Of a DNA stretch of 64,000 bases, positions 41,771-55,000 are shown in pieces. The position numbers were made by a program, and so were the translations under genes. How positions within the stretch are numbered: position 1 is the stretch's first letter; each line of letters starts with the position of its first letter. The notes below the pieces were generated by a model that was not told where the DNA came from, ran no database searches, and saw nothing but the letters and a program-made list of their open reading frames with translations. The stretch comes from Azolla caroliniana (taxonomy: Eukaryota; Plantae; Polypodiophyta), in assembly GCA_043228905.1 (NCBI GenBank), contig JBHGNT010000040.1, forward strand, positions 196,061-260,060, given 5' to 3'.

Positions 41771-44700
41771 AAATCCGATATCACACGAGCCAGGTATGAC
41801 AATTTTAATTTACTCACGCGCTCTTCTCAACTCCCTCCTTTAATTTACTAATTTCTTCATGTCTCTCGACCTGAGTTTCAAAATCTTGATTTTCTAATTC
41901 CATATCATAGCTAGTGTTGTTAGCTTCGATTCGCAGGTTTGAACACAACAATCCGATATCACACGAGCCAGGTACGAACATTTTAATTTACTCACGCGCT
42001 CTTCTCAACTCCCTCCTCTGATTTACTAATTTCATCATGTTTCTCGAGTTGAGTTTTAAAATCATGATTTTCTAATTCCATATCATAGCTAGTGTTGTTA
42101 GCTTCAATTCTCATGTTTGAACACAAAAATCGGATATCACACGAGCCAGGTATGACAATTTTAATTTACTCAAGCGATCTTCTCAACTCCCTCCTCTGAT
42201 TTACTAATTTCATCATGTCTCTCAACTTGAGTTTCAAAATCTTGATTTTCTAATTCCATATAATAGCTAGTGTTGTTTGCTTCGATTCGCAGGTTTGAAC
42301 ACAACAATCCGATATCACACGAGCCAGGTATGAACATTTTAATTTACTCACGCGCTCTTCTCAACTCCCTCCTCTAATTTACTAATTTCTTCATGTCTCT
42401 CGACCTGAGTTTCAAAATCTTGATTTTTTAATTCCATATCATAGCTATTGTTATTAGCTTCTATTCGCATGTTTGAACACAAAAATCGGATATCACACGA
42501 GCCAGGTATGACAATTTTAATTTACTCACGCGATCTTCTCAACTCCCTCCTCTGATTTACTAATTTCCTCATGTCTCTCGACCTGAGTTTCAAAATCTTG
42601 ATTTTCTAATTCCATATCATAGCTAGTGTTGTTTGCTTCGATTCGCAGGTTTGAACACAACAATCCGATATCACACGAGCCAGGTACGAACATTTTAATT
42701 TACTCACGCGCTCTTCTCAACTCCCTCCTCTGATTTACTAATTTCATCATGTCTCTCGAGTTGAGTTTTAAATTCATGATTTTCTAATTCTATATCATAG
42801 CTAGTGTTGTTAGCTTCGATTCGCATGTTTGAACACAAAAATCGGATATCACACGAGCCAGGTATGACAATTTTAATTTACTCAAGCGATCTTCTCAACT
42901 CCCTCCTCTGATTTACTAATTTCATCATGTCTCTCTACCTGAGTTTCAAAATCTTGATTTTCTAATTCCATATAATAGCTAGTGTTGTTTGCTTCGATTC
43001 GCAGGTTTGCACACAACAATCCGATATCACACGAGCCAGGTATGAACATTTTAATTTACTCACGCGCTCTTCTCAACTCCCTCCTCTAATTTACTAATTT
43101 CTTCATGTCTCTCGACCTGAGTTTCAAAATCTTGATTTTTTAATTCCATATCATAGCTAGTGTTGTTAGCTTCGATTCGCATGTTTGAACACAAAAAACG
43201 GATATCACACGAGCCAGGTATGACAATTTTAATTTACTCACACGATCTTCTCAACTCCCTCCCCTGATTTACTAATTTTCTCATGTCTCTTGACCTGAGT
43301 TTCAAAATCTTGATTTTCTAATTCCATATCATAGCTAGTGTTGTTAGCTTCGATTCGCAGGTTTGAACACAACAATCCGATATCACACGAGCCAGGTACG
43401 AACATTTTAATTTACTCACGCGCTCTTCTCAACTCCCTCCTCTGATTTACTAATTTCATCATGTCTCTCGACCTGAGTTTTAAAATCATGATTTTCTAAT
43501 TCCATATCATAGCTAGTGTTGTTAGCTTCGATTCGCATGTTTGAACACTAAAATCCGATATCACACGAGCTAGGTATGACAACTTTAATTTCCTCACGCG
43601 CTGTTCTCAACTCCCTCCTCTAATTTACTAATTTCTTCATGTCTCTCGACCTGAGTTTCAAAATCTTGATTTTGTAATTCCATATCATAGCTATTGTTAT
43701 TAGCTTCAATTCGCATGTTTGAACACTAAAATCCGATATTACACAAACCAGGTATGACAATTTTAATTTACTCACTTGCTCTTCTCCACTCCCTCCTCTA
43801 ATCTACTAATTTCTTCATGTCTCTCGACCTGAGTTTCAAAATCTTGATTTTTTAATTCCATATCATAGCTAGTGTTATTAGCTCCGATTCGCATGATTGG
43901 AAAACTAAAATCGCATATCACACGAGCCAGGTATGACAACTTTAATTTACTCACGCGCTCTTCTCAACTCCCTCCTCTAATTTACTAATTTCTTCATGTC
44001 TCTCGACCTGAGTTTCAAAATCTTGATTTTTTAATTCCATATCATAGCTAGTGTTATTAGCTTCGATTCGCATGATTGGAACACTAAAATCGGATATCAC
44101 ACGAGCCAGTCATGAACATTTTAATTTACTCACACGCTCTTCTCAACTTCCTCCTCTAATTTACTAATTTCTTCATGTGTCTCGACCTGAGTTTCAAAAT
44201 CTTGATTTTTTAATTCCATATCATAGCTAGTGTTATTAGCTTCGATTCGCATGATTGGAACACTAAAATCGGATATCACACGAGCCAGTCATGAACATTT
44301 TAATTTACTCACACGCTCTTCTCAACTCCCTCCTCTAATTTACTAATTTTTTCATGTCTCCCGACCTAAGTTTAAAAATCTTGATATTTTAATTCCATTT
44401 TATAGCTAGTGTTGTTAGCTTCGATTCACATGTTTGAACACTAAAATCCGATATCACACGACCCAGGTATGACAACTTTAATTTACTCACGCGCTCTTCT
44501 CAACTCCCTCCTCTAATTTACTAATTTCTTCATGTCTCTCGACCTGAGTTTCAAAATCTTGATTTTTTAATTCCATATCATAGCTATTGTTATTAGCTTC
44601 GATTCACATGTTTGAACACTAAAATCCGATATTACACAAACAAGGTATGACAATTTTAATTTACTCACTTGCTCTTCTCAACTCCCTCCTCTAATTTACT

Positions 44701-47700
44701 AATTTCTTCAGGTCTCTCGACCTGAGTTTCAAAATCTTGATTTTTTAATTCCATATCATAGCTAGTGTTAGTAGCTGCGATTCGCATGATTGGAACACTA
44801 AAATCGGATATCACACGAGCCAGTTATGAACATTTTAATTTACTCACGGGCTCTTCTCAACTCCCTCGTCTAATTTGCTAATTTCTTCATGTCTCTCGAC
44901 CTGAGTTTCAAAATCTTGATTTTTTAATTCCATATCATAGCTAGTGTTGTTAGCTTCGATTCGCATGTTTGAACACAAAAATCGGATATCACACGAGCCA
45001 GGTATGACAATTTTAATTTACTCACGCGATCTTCTCAACTCCCTCCTCTGATTTACTAATTTCCTCATGTCTCTCGACCTGAGTTTCAAAATCTTGATTT
45101 TCTAATTCCATATCATAGCTAGTGTTGTTAGCTTCGATTCGCAGGTTTGAACACAACAATCCGATATCACACGAGCCAGGTACGAACATTTTAATTTACT
45201 CACGCGCTCTTCTCAACTCCCTCCTCTGATTTACTAATTTCATCATGTCTCTCGAGTTGAGTTTTAAAATCATGATTTTCTAATTCCATATCATAGCTAG
45301 TGTTGTTAGCTTCGATTCTCATGTTTGAACACAAAAATCGGATATCACACGAGCCAGGTATGACAATTTTAATTTACTCAAGCGATCTTCTCAACTCCCT
45401 CCTCTGATTTACTAATTTCATCATGTCTCTCAACTTGAGTTTCAAAATCTTGATTTTCTAATTCCATATAATAGCTAGTGTTGTTTGCTTCGATTCGCAG
45501 GTTTGAACACAACAATCCGATATCACACGAGCCAGGTATGAACATTTTAATTTACTCACGCGCTCTTCTCAACTCCCTCCTCTAATTTACTAATTTCTTC
45601 ATGTCTCTCGACCTGAGTTTCAAAATCTTGATTTTTTAATTCCATATCATAGCTATTGTTATTAGCTTCTATTCGCATGTTTGAACACAAAAATCGGATA
45701 TCACACGAGCTAGGTATGACAATTTTAATTTACTCACGCGATCTTCTCAACTCCCTCCTCTGATTTACTAATTTCCTCATGTCTCTCGACCTGAGTTTCA
45801 AAATCTTGATTTTCTAATTCCATATCATAGCTAGTGTTGTTTGCTTCGATTCGCAGGTTTGAACACAACAATCCGATATCACACGAGCCAGGTACGAACA
45901 TTTTAATTTACTCACGCGCTCTTCTCAACTCCCTCCTCTGATTTACTAATTTCATCATGTCTCTCGAGTTGAGTTTTAAATTCATGATTTTCTAATTCTA
46001 TATCATAGCTAGTGTTGTTAGCTTCGATTCTCATGTTTGAACACAAAAATCGGATATCACACGAGCCAGGTATGACAATTTTAATTTACTCAAGCGATCT
46101 TCTCAACTCCCTCCTCTGATTTACTAATTTCATCATGTCTCTCTACCTGAGTTTCAAAATCTTGATTTTCTAATTCCATATAATAGCTAGTGTTGTTTGC
46201 TTCGATTCGCAGGTTTGAACACAACAATCCGATATCACACGAGCCAGGTATGAACATTTTAATTTACTCACGCGCTCTTCTCAACTCCCTCCTCTAATTT
46301 ACTAATTTCTTCATGTCTCTCGACCTGAGTTTCAAAATCTTGATTTTTTAATTCCATATCATAGCTATTGTTATTAGCTTCGATTCGCATGTTTGAACAC
46401 TAAAATCCGATATTACACAAACCAGGTATGACAATTTTAATTTACTCACTTGCTCTTCTCAACTCCCTCCTCTAATTTACTAATTTCTTCATGTCTCTCG
46501 ACCTGAGTTTCAAAATCTTGATTTTTTAATTCCATATCATAGCTAGTGTTATTAGCTGTGATTCGCATGATTGGAACACTAAAATCGGATATCACACGAG
46601 CCAGGTATGAACAGTTTAATTTACTCACGCGCTCTTCTCAACTCCCTCCTCTAATTTACTAATTTCTTCATGTCTCTCGACCTGAGTTTCAAAATCTTGA
46701 TTTTTTAATTCCATATCATAGCTAGTGTTGTTAGCTTCGATTCGCATGTTTGAACACAAAAATCGGATATCACACGAGCCAGGTATGACAACTTTAATTT
46801 ACTCACGCGCTCTTCTCAACTCCCTCCTCTGATTTACTAATTTCTTCATGTCTCTCGACCTGAGTTTCAAAATCTTGATTTTTTAATTCCATATCATAGC
46901 TATTGTTATTAGCTTCGATTCACATGTTTGAACACTAAAATCCGATATTACACAAACAAGGTATGACAATTTTAATTTACTCACTTGCTCTTCTCAACTC
47001 CCTCCTCTAATTTACTAATTTCTTCATGTCTCTCGACCTGAGTTTCAAAATCTTGATTTTTTAAGTCCATATCATAGCTAGTGTTATTAGCTGCGATTCG
47101 CATGATTGGAACACTAAATCGGATATCACACGAGCCAGTTATGAATATTTTAATTTACTCACGCGCTCTTCTCAACTCCCTCCTCTAATTTGCTAATTTC
47201 TTCATGTCTCTCGACCTGAGTTTCAAAATCTTGATTTTTTAATTCCATATCATAGCTAGTGTTGTTAGCTTCGATTCGCATGTTTGAACACAAAAATCGG
47301 ATATCACAAGAGCCAGGTATGACAACTTTAATTTACTCACGCGCTCTTCTCAACTCCCTCCTCTAATTTACTAATTTCTTCATGTCTCTCGACCTGAGTT
47401 TCAAAATCTTGATTTTTTAATTCCATATCATAGCTATTGTTATTAGCTTCGATTCACATGTTTGAACACTAAAATCCGATATTACACAAACAAGGTATGA
47501 CAATTTTAATTTACTCACTTGCTCTTCTCAACTCCCTTCTCTAATTTACTAATTTCTTCATGTCTCTCGACCTGAGTTTCAAAATCTTGATTTTTTAATT
47601 CCATATCATAGCTAGTGTTATTAGCTGCGATTCGCATGATTGGAACACTAAAATCGGATATCACACGAGCCAGTTATGAACATTTTAGTTTACTCACGCG

Positions 47701-47817
47701 CTCTTCTCAACTCCCTCGTCTAATTTGCTAATTTCTTCATGTCTCTCGACCTGAGTTTCAAAATCTTCATTTTCTAATTCCATATAATAGCTAGTGTTGT
47801 TTGCTTCGATTCGCATG

Positions 47818-50088
47818 TTTGAACACAAAAATCCGATATCACACGAGCCAGGTATGACAATTTTAATTTACTCACGCGCTCTTCTCAACTCCCTCCTTTA
47901 ATTTACTAATTTCTTCATGTCTCTCGACCTGAGTTTCAAAATCTTGATTTTCTAATTCCATATCATAGCTAGTGTTGTTAGCTTCGATTCGCAGGTTTGA
48001 ACACAACAATCCGATATCACACGAGCCAGGTACGAACATTTTAATTTACTCACGCGCTCTTCTCAACTCCCTCCTCTGATTTACTAATTTCATCATGTCT
48101 CTCGAGTTGAGTTTTAAAATCATGATTTTCTAATTCCATATCATAGCTAGTGTTGTTAGCTTCGATTCTCATGTTTGAACACAAAAATCGGATATCACAC
48201 GAGCCAGGTATGACAATTTTAATTTACTCAAGCGATCTTCTCAACTCCCTCCTCTGATTTACTAATTTCATCATGTCTCTCAACTTGAGTTTCAAAATCT
48301 TGATTTTCTAATTCCATATAATAGCTAGTGTTGTTTGCTTCGATTCGCAGGTTTGAACACAACAATCCGATATCACACGAGCCAGGTATGAACATTTTAA
48401 TTTACTCACGCGCTCTTCTCAACTCCCTCCTCTAATTTACTAATTTCTTCATGTCTCTCGACCTGAGTTTCAAAATCTTGATTTTTTAATTCCATATCAT
48501 AGCTATTGTTATTAGCTTCTATTCGCATGTTTGAACACAAAAATCGGATATCACACGAGCCAGGTATGACAATTTTAATTTACTCACGCGATCTTCTCAA
48601 CTCCCTCCTCTGATTTACTAATTTCCTCATGTCTCTCGACCTGAGTTTCAAAATCTTGATTTTCTAATTCCATATCATAGCTAGTGTTGTTTGCTTCGAT
48701 TCGCAGGTTTGAACACAACAATCCGATATCACACGAGCCAGGTACGAACATTTTAATTTACTCACGCGCTCTTCTCAACTCCCTCCTCTGATTTACTAAT
48801 TTCATCATGTCTCTCGAGTTGAGTTTTAAATTCATGATTTTCTAATTCTATATCATAGCTAGTGTTGTTAGCTTCGATTCGCATGTTTGAACACAAAAAT
48901 CGGATATCACACGAGCCAGGTATGACAATTTTAATTTACTCAAGCGATCTTCTCAACTCCCTCCTCTGATTTACTAATTTCATCATGTCTCTCTACCTGA
49001 GTTTCAAAATCTTGATTTTCTAATTCCATATAATAGCTAGTGTTGTTTGCTTCGATTCGCAGGTTTGAACACAACAATCCGATATCACACGAGCCAGGTA
49101 TGAACATTTTAATTTACTCACGCGCTCTTCTCAACTCCCTCCTCTAATTTACTAATTTCTTCATGTCTCTCGACCTGAGTTTCAAAATCTTGATTTTTTA
49201 ATTCCATATCATAGCTAGTGTTGTTAGCTTCGATTCGCATGTTTGAACACAAAAAACGGATATCACACGAGCCAGGTATGACAATTTTAATTTACTCACA
49301 CGATCTTCTCAACTCCCTCCCCTGATTTACTAATTTTCTCATGTCTCTTGACCTGAGTTTCAAAATCTTGATTTTCTAATTCCATATCATAGCTAGTGTT
49401 GTTAGCTTCGATTCGCAGGTTTGAACACAACAATCCGATATCACACGAGCCAGGTACGAACATTTTAATTTACTCACGCGCTCTTCTCAACTCCCTCCTC
49501 TGATTTACTAATTTCATCATGTCTCTCGACCTGAGTTTTAAAATCATGATTTTCTAATTCCATATCATAGCTAGTGTTGTTAGCTTCGATTCGCATGTTT
49601 GAACACTAAAATCCGATATCACACGAGCTAGGTATGACAACTTTAATTTCCTCACGCGCTGTTCTCAACTCCCTCCTCTAATTTACTAATTTCTTCATGT
49701 CTCTCGACCTGAGTTTCAAAATCTTGATTTTGTAATTCCATATCATAGCTATTGTTATTAGCTTCAATTCGCATGTTTGAACACTAAAATCCGATATTAC
49801 ACAAACCAGGTATGACAATTTTAATTTACTCACTTGCTCTTCTCCACTCCCTCCTCTAATCTACTAATTTCTTCATGTCTCTCGACCTGAGTTTCAAAAT
49901 CTTGATTTTTTAATTCCATATCATAGCTAGTGTTATTAGCTCCGATTCGCATGATTGGAAAACTAAAATCGGATATCACACGAGCCAGGTATGACAACTT
50001 TAATTTACTCACGCGCTCTTCTCAACTCCCTCCTCTAATTTACTAATTTCTTCATGTCTCTCGACCTGAGTTTCAAAATCTTGATTTT
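47818..50088 (+). repeat. Dispersed block copy of about 41760-44030 (offset 6,058 bp, 34 monomers)
   Basis: ctccctcctttaa at 41831/47889; ORF-track repeat 43772/49830; shared aaaaaacgg and ctcccctgat variants. Confidence 0.8.
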
Positions 50089-50089
50089 C

Positions 50090-51585
50090 TAATTCCATAT
50101 CATAGCTAGTGTTGTTAGCTTCGATTCTCATGTTTGAACACAAAAATCGGATATCACACGAGCCAGGTATGACAATTTTAATTTACTCAAGCGATCTTCT
50201 CAACTCCCTCCTCTGATTTACTAATTTCATCATGTCTCTCAACTTGAGTTTCAAAATCTTGATTTTCTAATTCCATATAATAGCTAGTGTTGTTTGCTTC
50301 GATTCGCAGGTTTGAACACAACAATCCGATATCACACGAGCCAGGTATGAACATTTTAATTTACTCACGCGCTCTTCTCAACTCCCTCCTCTAATTTACT
50401 AATTTCTTCATGTCTCTCGACCTGAGTTTCAAAATCTTGATTTTTTAATTCCATATCATAGCTATTGTTATTAGCTTCTATTCGCATGTTTGAACACAAA
50501 AATCGGATATCACACGAGCCAGGTATGACAATTTTAATTTACTCACGCGATCTTCTCAACTCCCTCCTCTGATTTACTAATTTCCTCATGTCTCTCGACC
50601 TGAGTTTCAAAATCTTGATTTTCTAATTCCATATCATAGCTAGTGTTGTTTGCTTCGATTCGCAGGTTTGAACACAACAATCCGATATCACACGAGCCAG
50701 GTACGAACATTTTAATTTACTCACGCGCTCTTCTCAACTCCCTCCTCTGATTTACTAATTTCATCATGTCTCTCGAGTTGAGTTTTAAATTCATGATTTT
50801 CTAATTCTATATCATAGCTAGTGTTGTTAGCTTCGATTCTCATGTTTGAACACAAAAATCGGATATCACACGAGCCAGGTATGACAATTTTAATTTACTC
50901 AAGCGATCTTCTCAACTCCCTCCTCTGATTTACTAATTTCATCATGTCTCTCTACCTGAGTTTCAAAATCTTGATTTTCTAATTCCATATAATAGCTAGT
51001 GTTGTTTGCTTCGATTCGCAGGTTTGAACACAACAATCCGATATCACACGAGCCAGGTATGAACATTTTAATTTACTCACGCGCTCTTCTCAACTCCCTC
51101 CTCTAATTTACTAATTTCTTCATGTCTCTCGACCTGAGTTTCAAAATCTTGATTTTTTAATTCCATATCATAGCTATTGTTATTAGCTTCGATTCGCATG
51201 TTTGAACACTAAAATCCGATATTACACAAACCAGGTATGACAATTTTAATTTACTCACTTGCTCTTCTCAACTCCCTCCTCTAATTTACTAATTTCTTCA
51301 TGTCTCTCGACCTGAGTTTCAAAATCTTGATTTTTTAATTCCATATCATAGCTAGTGTTATTAGCTGTGATTCGCATGATTGGAACACTAAAATCGGATA
51401 TCACACGAGCCAGGTATGAACAGTTTAATTTACTCACGCGCTCTTCTCAACTCCCTCCTCTAATTTACTAATTTCTTCATGTCTCTCGACCTGAGTTTCA
51501 AAATCTTGATTTTTTAATTCCATATCATAGCTAGTGTTGTTAGCTTCGATTCGCATGTTTGAACACAAAAATCGGATATCACACG
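50090..51585 (+). repeat. Dispersed block copy of about 45280-46775 (offset 4,809 bp, 27 monomers)
   Basis: Identical ORF-track peptides at 46446/51255; shared gctgtgatt, gaacagttt, ctctacctg and taaattcatg variants. Confidence 0.8.
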
Positions 51586-52089
51586 ACCCAGGTATGACAA
51601 CTTTAATTTACTCACGCGCTCTTCTCAACTCCCTCCTCTAATTTACTAATTTCTTCATGTCTCTCGACCTGAGTTTCAAAATCTTGATTTTTTAAGTCCA
51701 TATCATAGCTATTGTTATTAGCTTCGATTCACATGTTTGAACACTAAAATCCGATATTACACAAACAAGGTATGACAATTTTAATTTACTCACTTGCTCT
51801 TCTCAACTCCCTCCTCTAATTTACTAATTTCTTCAGGTCTCTCGACCTGAGTTTCAAAATCTTGATTTTTTAATTCCATATCATAGCTAGTGTTAGTAGC
51901 TGCGATTCGCATGATTGGAACACTAAAATCGGATATCACACGAGCCAGTTATGAACATTTTAATTTACTCACGCGATCTTCTCAACTCCCTCCTCTGATT
52001 TACTAATTTCCTCATGTCTCTCGACCTGAGTTTCAAAATCTTCATTTTCTAATTCCATATAATAGCTAGTGTTGTTAGCTTCGATTCGC

Positions 52090-55000
52090 ATGTTTGAACA
52101 CAAAAATCGGATATTATACGAGCCAGGTATGACAACTTTAATTTACTCACGCGCTCTTCTCAACTCCCTCCTCTAATTTACTAATTTCTTCATGTCTCTC
52201 GACCTGAGTTTCAAAAACTTGATTTTCTAATTCCATATCATAGCTAGTGTTGTTAGCTTCGATTCGCAGGTTTGAACACAACAATGCGATATCACACGAG
52301 CCAGGTACGAACATTTTAATTTACTCACGCGCTCTTCTCAACTCCCTCCTCTGATTTACTAATTTCATCATGTCTCTCGAGTTGAGTTTTAAAATCATGA
52401 TTTTCTAATTCCATATCATAGCTAGTGTTGTTAGCTTCGATTCGCATGTTTGAACACAAAAATCGGATATCACACGAGCCAGGTATGACAATTTTAATTT
52501 ACTCAAGCGATCTTCTCAACTCCCTCCTCTGATTTACTAATTTCCTCATGTCTCTCGACCTGAGTTTCAAAATCTTGATTTTCTAATTCCATATCATAGC
52601 TAGTGTTGTTAGCTTCGATTCGCAGGGTTGAACACAACAATCCGATATCACACGAGCCAGGTACGAACATTTTAATTTACTCACGCGCTCTTCTCAACTC
52701 CCTCCTCTGATTTACTAATTTCATCATGTCTCTCGAGTTGAGTTTTAAAATCATGATTTTCTAATTCCATATCATAGCTAGTGTTGTTAGCTTCGATTCG
52801 CATGTTTGAACACAAAAATCGGATATCACACGAGCCAGGTATGACAATTTTAATTTACTCAAGCGATCTTCTCAACTCCCTCCTCTAATTTACTAATTTC
52901 ATCATGTCTCTCGACCTGAGCTTCAAAATCTTGATTTTCTAATTCCATATAATAGCTAGTGTTGTTTGCTTCGATTCGCAGGTTTGAACACAACAATCCG
53001 ATATCACACGAGCCAGGTATGAACATTTTAATTTACTCACGCGCTCTTCTCAACTCCCTCCTCTAATTTACTAATTTCTTCATGTCTCTCGACCTGAGTT
53101 TCAAAATCTTGTTTTTTTAATTCCATATCATAGAATTGGAACACTAAAATCGGATATCACACGAGCCAGTTATGAACATTTTAATTTACTCACGCGCTCT
53201 TCTCAACTCCCTCCTCTACTTTGCCAATTTCTTCATGTCTCTCGACCTGAGTTTCAAAATCTTGATTTTTTAATTCCATATCATAGCTAGTGTTGTTAGC
53301 TTCGATTCGCATGTTTGAACACACAAATCGGACATCACACGAGCCAGGTATGACAACTTTAATTTACTCACGCGCTCTTCTCAACTCCCTCCTCTAATTT
53401 ACTAATTTCTTCATGTCTCTCGACCTGAGTTTCAAAAACTTGATTTATTAATTCCATATCATAGCTAGTGTTGTTAGCTTCAATTCACAGGTTTGAACAC
53501 AACAATGCGATATCACACGAGCCAGGTACGAACATTTTAATTTACTCACGCGCTCTTCTCAACTCCCTCCTCTGATTTACTAATTTCATCATGTCTCTCG
53601 AGTTGAGTTTTAAAATCATGATTTTCTAATTCCATATCATAGCTAGTGTTGTTAGCTTCGATTCGCATGTTTGAACACAAAAATCGGATATCACACGAGC
53701 CAGGTATGACAACTTTAATTTACTCACGCGCTCTTCTCAACTCCCTCCTCTGATTTACTAATTTCTTCATGTCTCTCGACCTGAGTTTCAAAATCTTGAT
53801 TTTTTAATTCCATATCATAGCTATTGTTATTAGCTTCGATTCACATGTTTGAACACTAAAATCCGATATTACACAAACAAGGTATGACAATTTTAATTTA
53901 CTCACTTGCTCTTCTCAACTCCCTCCTCTAATTTACTAATTTCTTCATGTCTCTCGACCTGAGTTTCAAAATCTTGATTTTTTAAGTCCATATCATAGCT
54001 AGTGTTATTAGCTGCGATTCGCATGATTGGAACACTAAATCGGATATCACACGAGCCAGTTATGAATATTTTAATTTACTCACGCGCTCTTCTCAACTCC
54101 CTCCTCTAATTTGCTAATTTCTTCATGTCTCTCGACCTGAGTTTCAAAATCTTGATTTTTTAATTCCATATCATAGCTAGTGTTGTTAGCTTCGATTCGC
54201 ATGTTTGAACACAAAAATCGGATATCACAAGAGCCAGGTATGACAACTTTAATTTACTCACGCGCTCTTCTCAACTCCCTCCTCTAATTTACTAATTTCT
54301 TCATGTCTCTCGACCTGAGTTTCAAAATCTTGATTTTTTAATTCCATATCATAGCTATTGTTATTAGCTTCGATTCACATGTTTGAACACTAAAATCCGA
54401 TATTACACAAACAAGGTATGACAATTTTAATTTACTCACTTGCTCTTCTCAACTCCCTTCTCTAATTTACTAATTTCTTCATGTCTCTCGACCTGAGTTT
54501 CAAAATCTTGATTTTTTAATTCCATATCATAGCTAGTGTTATTAGCTGCGATTCGCATGATTGGAACACTAAAATCGGATATCACACGAGCCAGTTATGA
54601 ACATTTTAGTTTACTCACGCGCTCTTCTCAACTCCCTCGTCTAATTTGCTAATTTCTTCATGTCTCTCGACCTGAGTTTCAAAATTTTGATTTTTTAATT
54701 CCATATCATAGCTAGTGTTGTTAGCTTCGATTCGCATGTTTGAACACAAAAATCGGATATTATACGAGCCAGGTATGACAACTTTAATTTACTCACGCGC
54801 TCTTCTCAACTCCCTCCTCTAATTTACTAATTTCTTCATGTCTCTCGACCTGAGTTTCAAAAACTTGATTTTCTAATTCCATATCATAGCTAGTGTTGTT
54901 AGCTTCGATTCGCAGGTTTGAACACAACAATGCGATATCACACGAGCCAGGTACGAACATTTTAATTTACTCACGCGCTCTTCTCAACTCCCTCCTCTGA

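Noticed and set aside
18476-51437. All 17 minus-strand ORFs of 60-81 aa in the ORF track (MSKLKLSY..., MKLRSRD..., MRTAREE...)
   Set aside because: Each covers about one satellite monomer, related peptides appear in different reading frames of the same repeat, and they open or close with single-base monomer variants and the 178/179 indel. No recognisable domain or gene context. Useful only as HOR markers.
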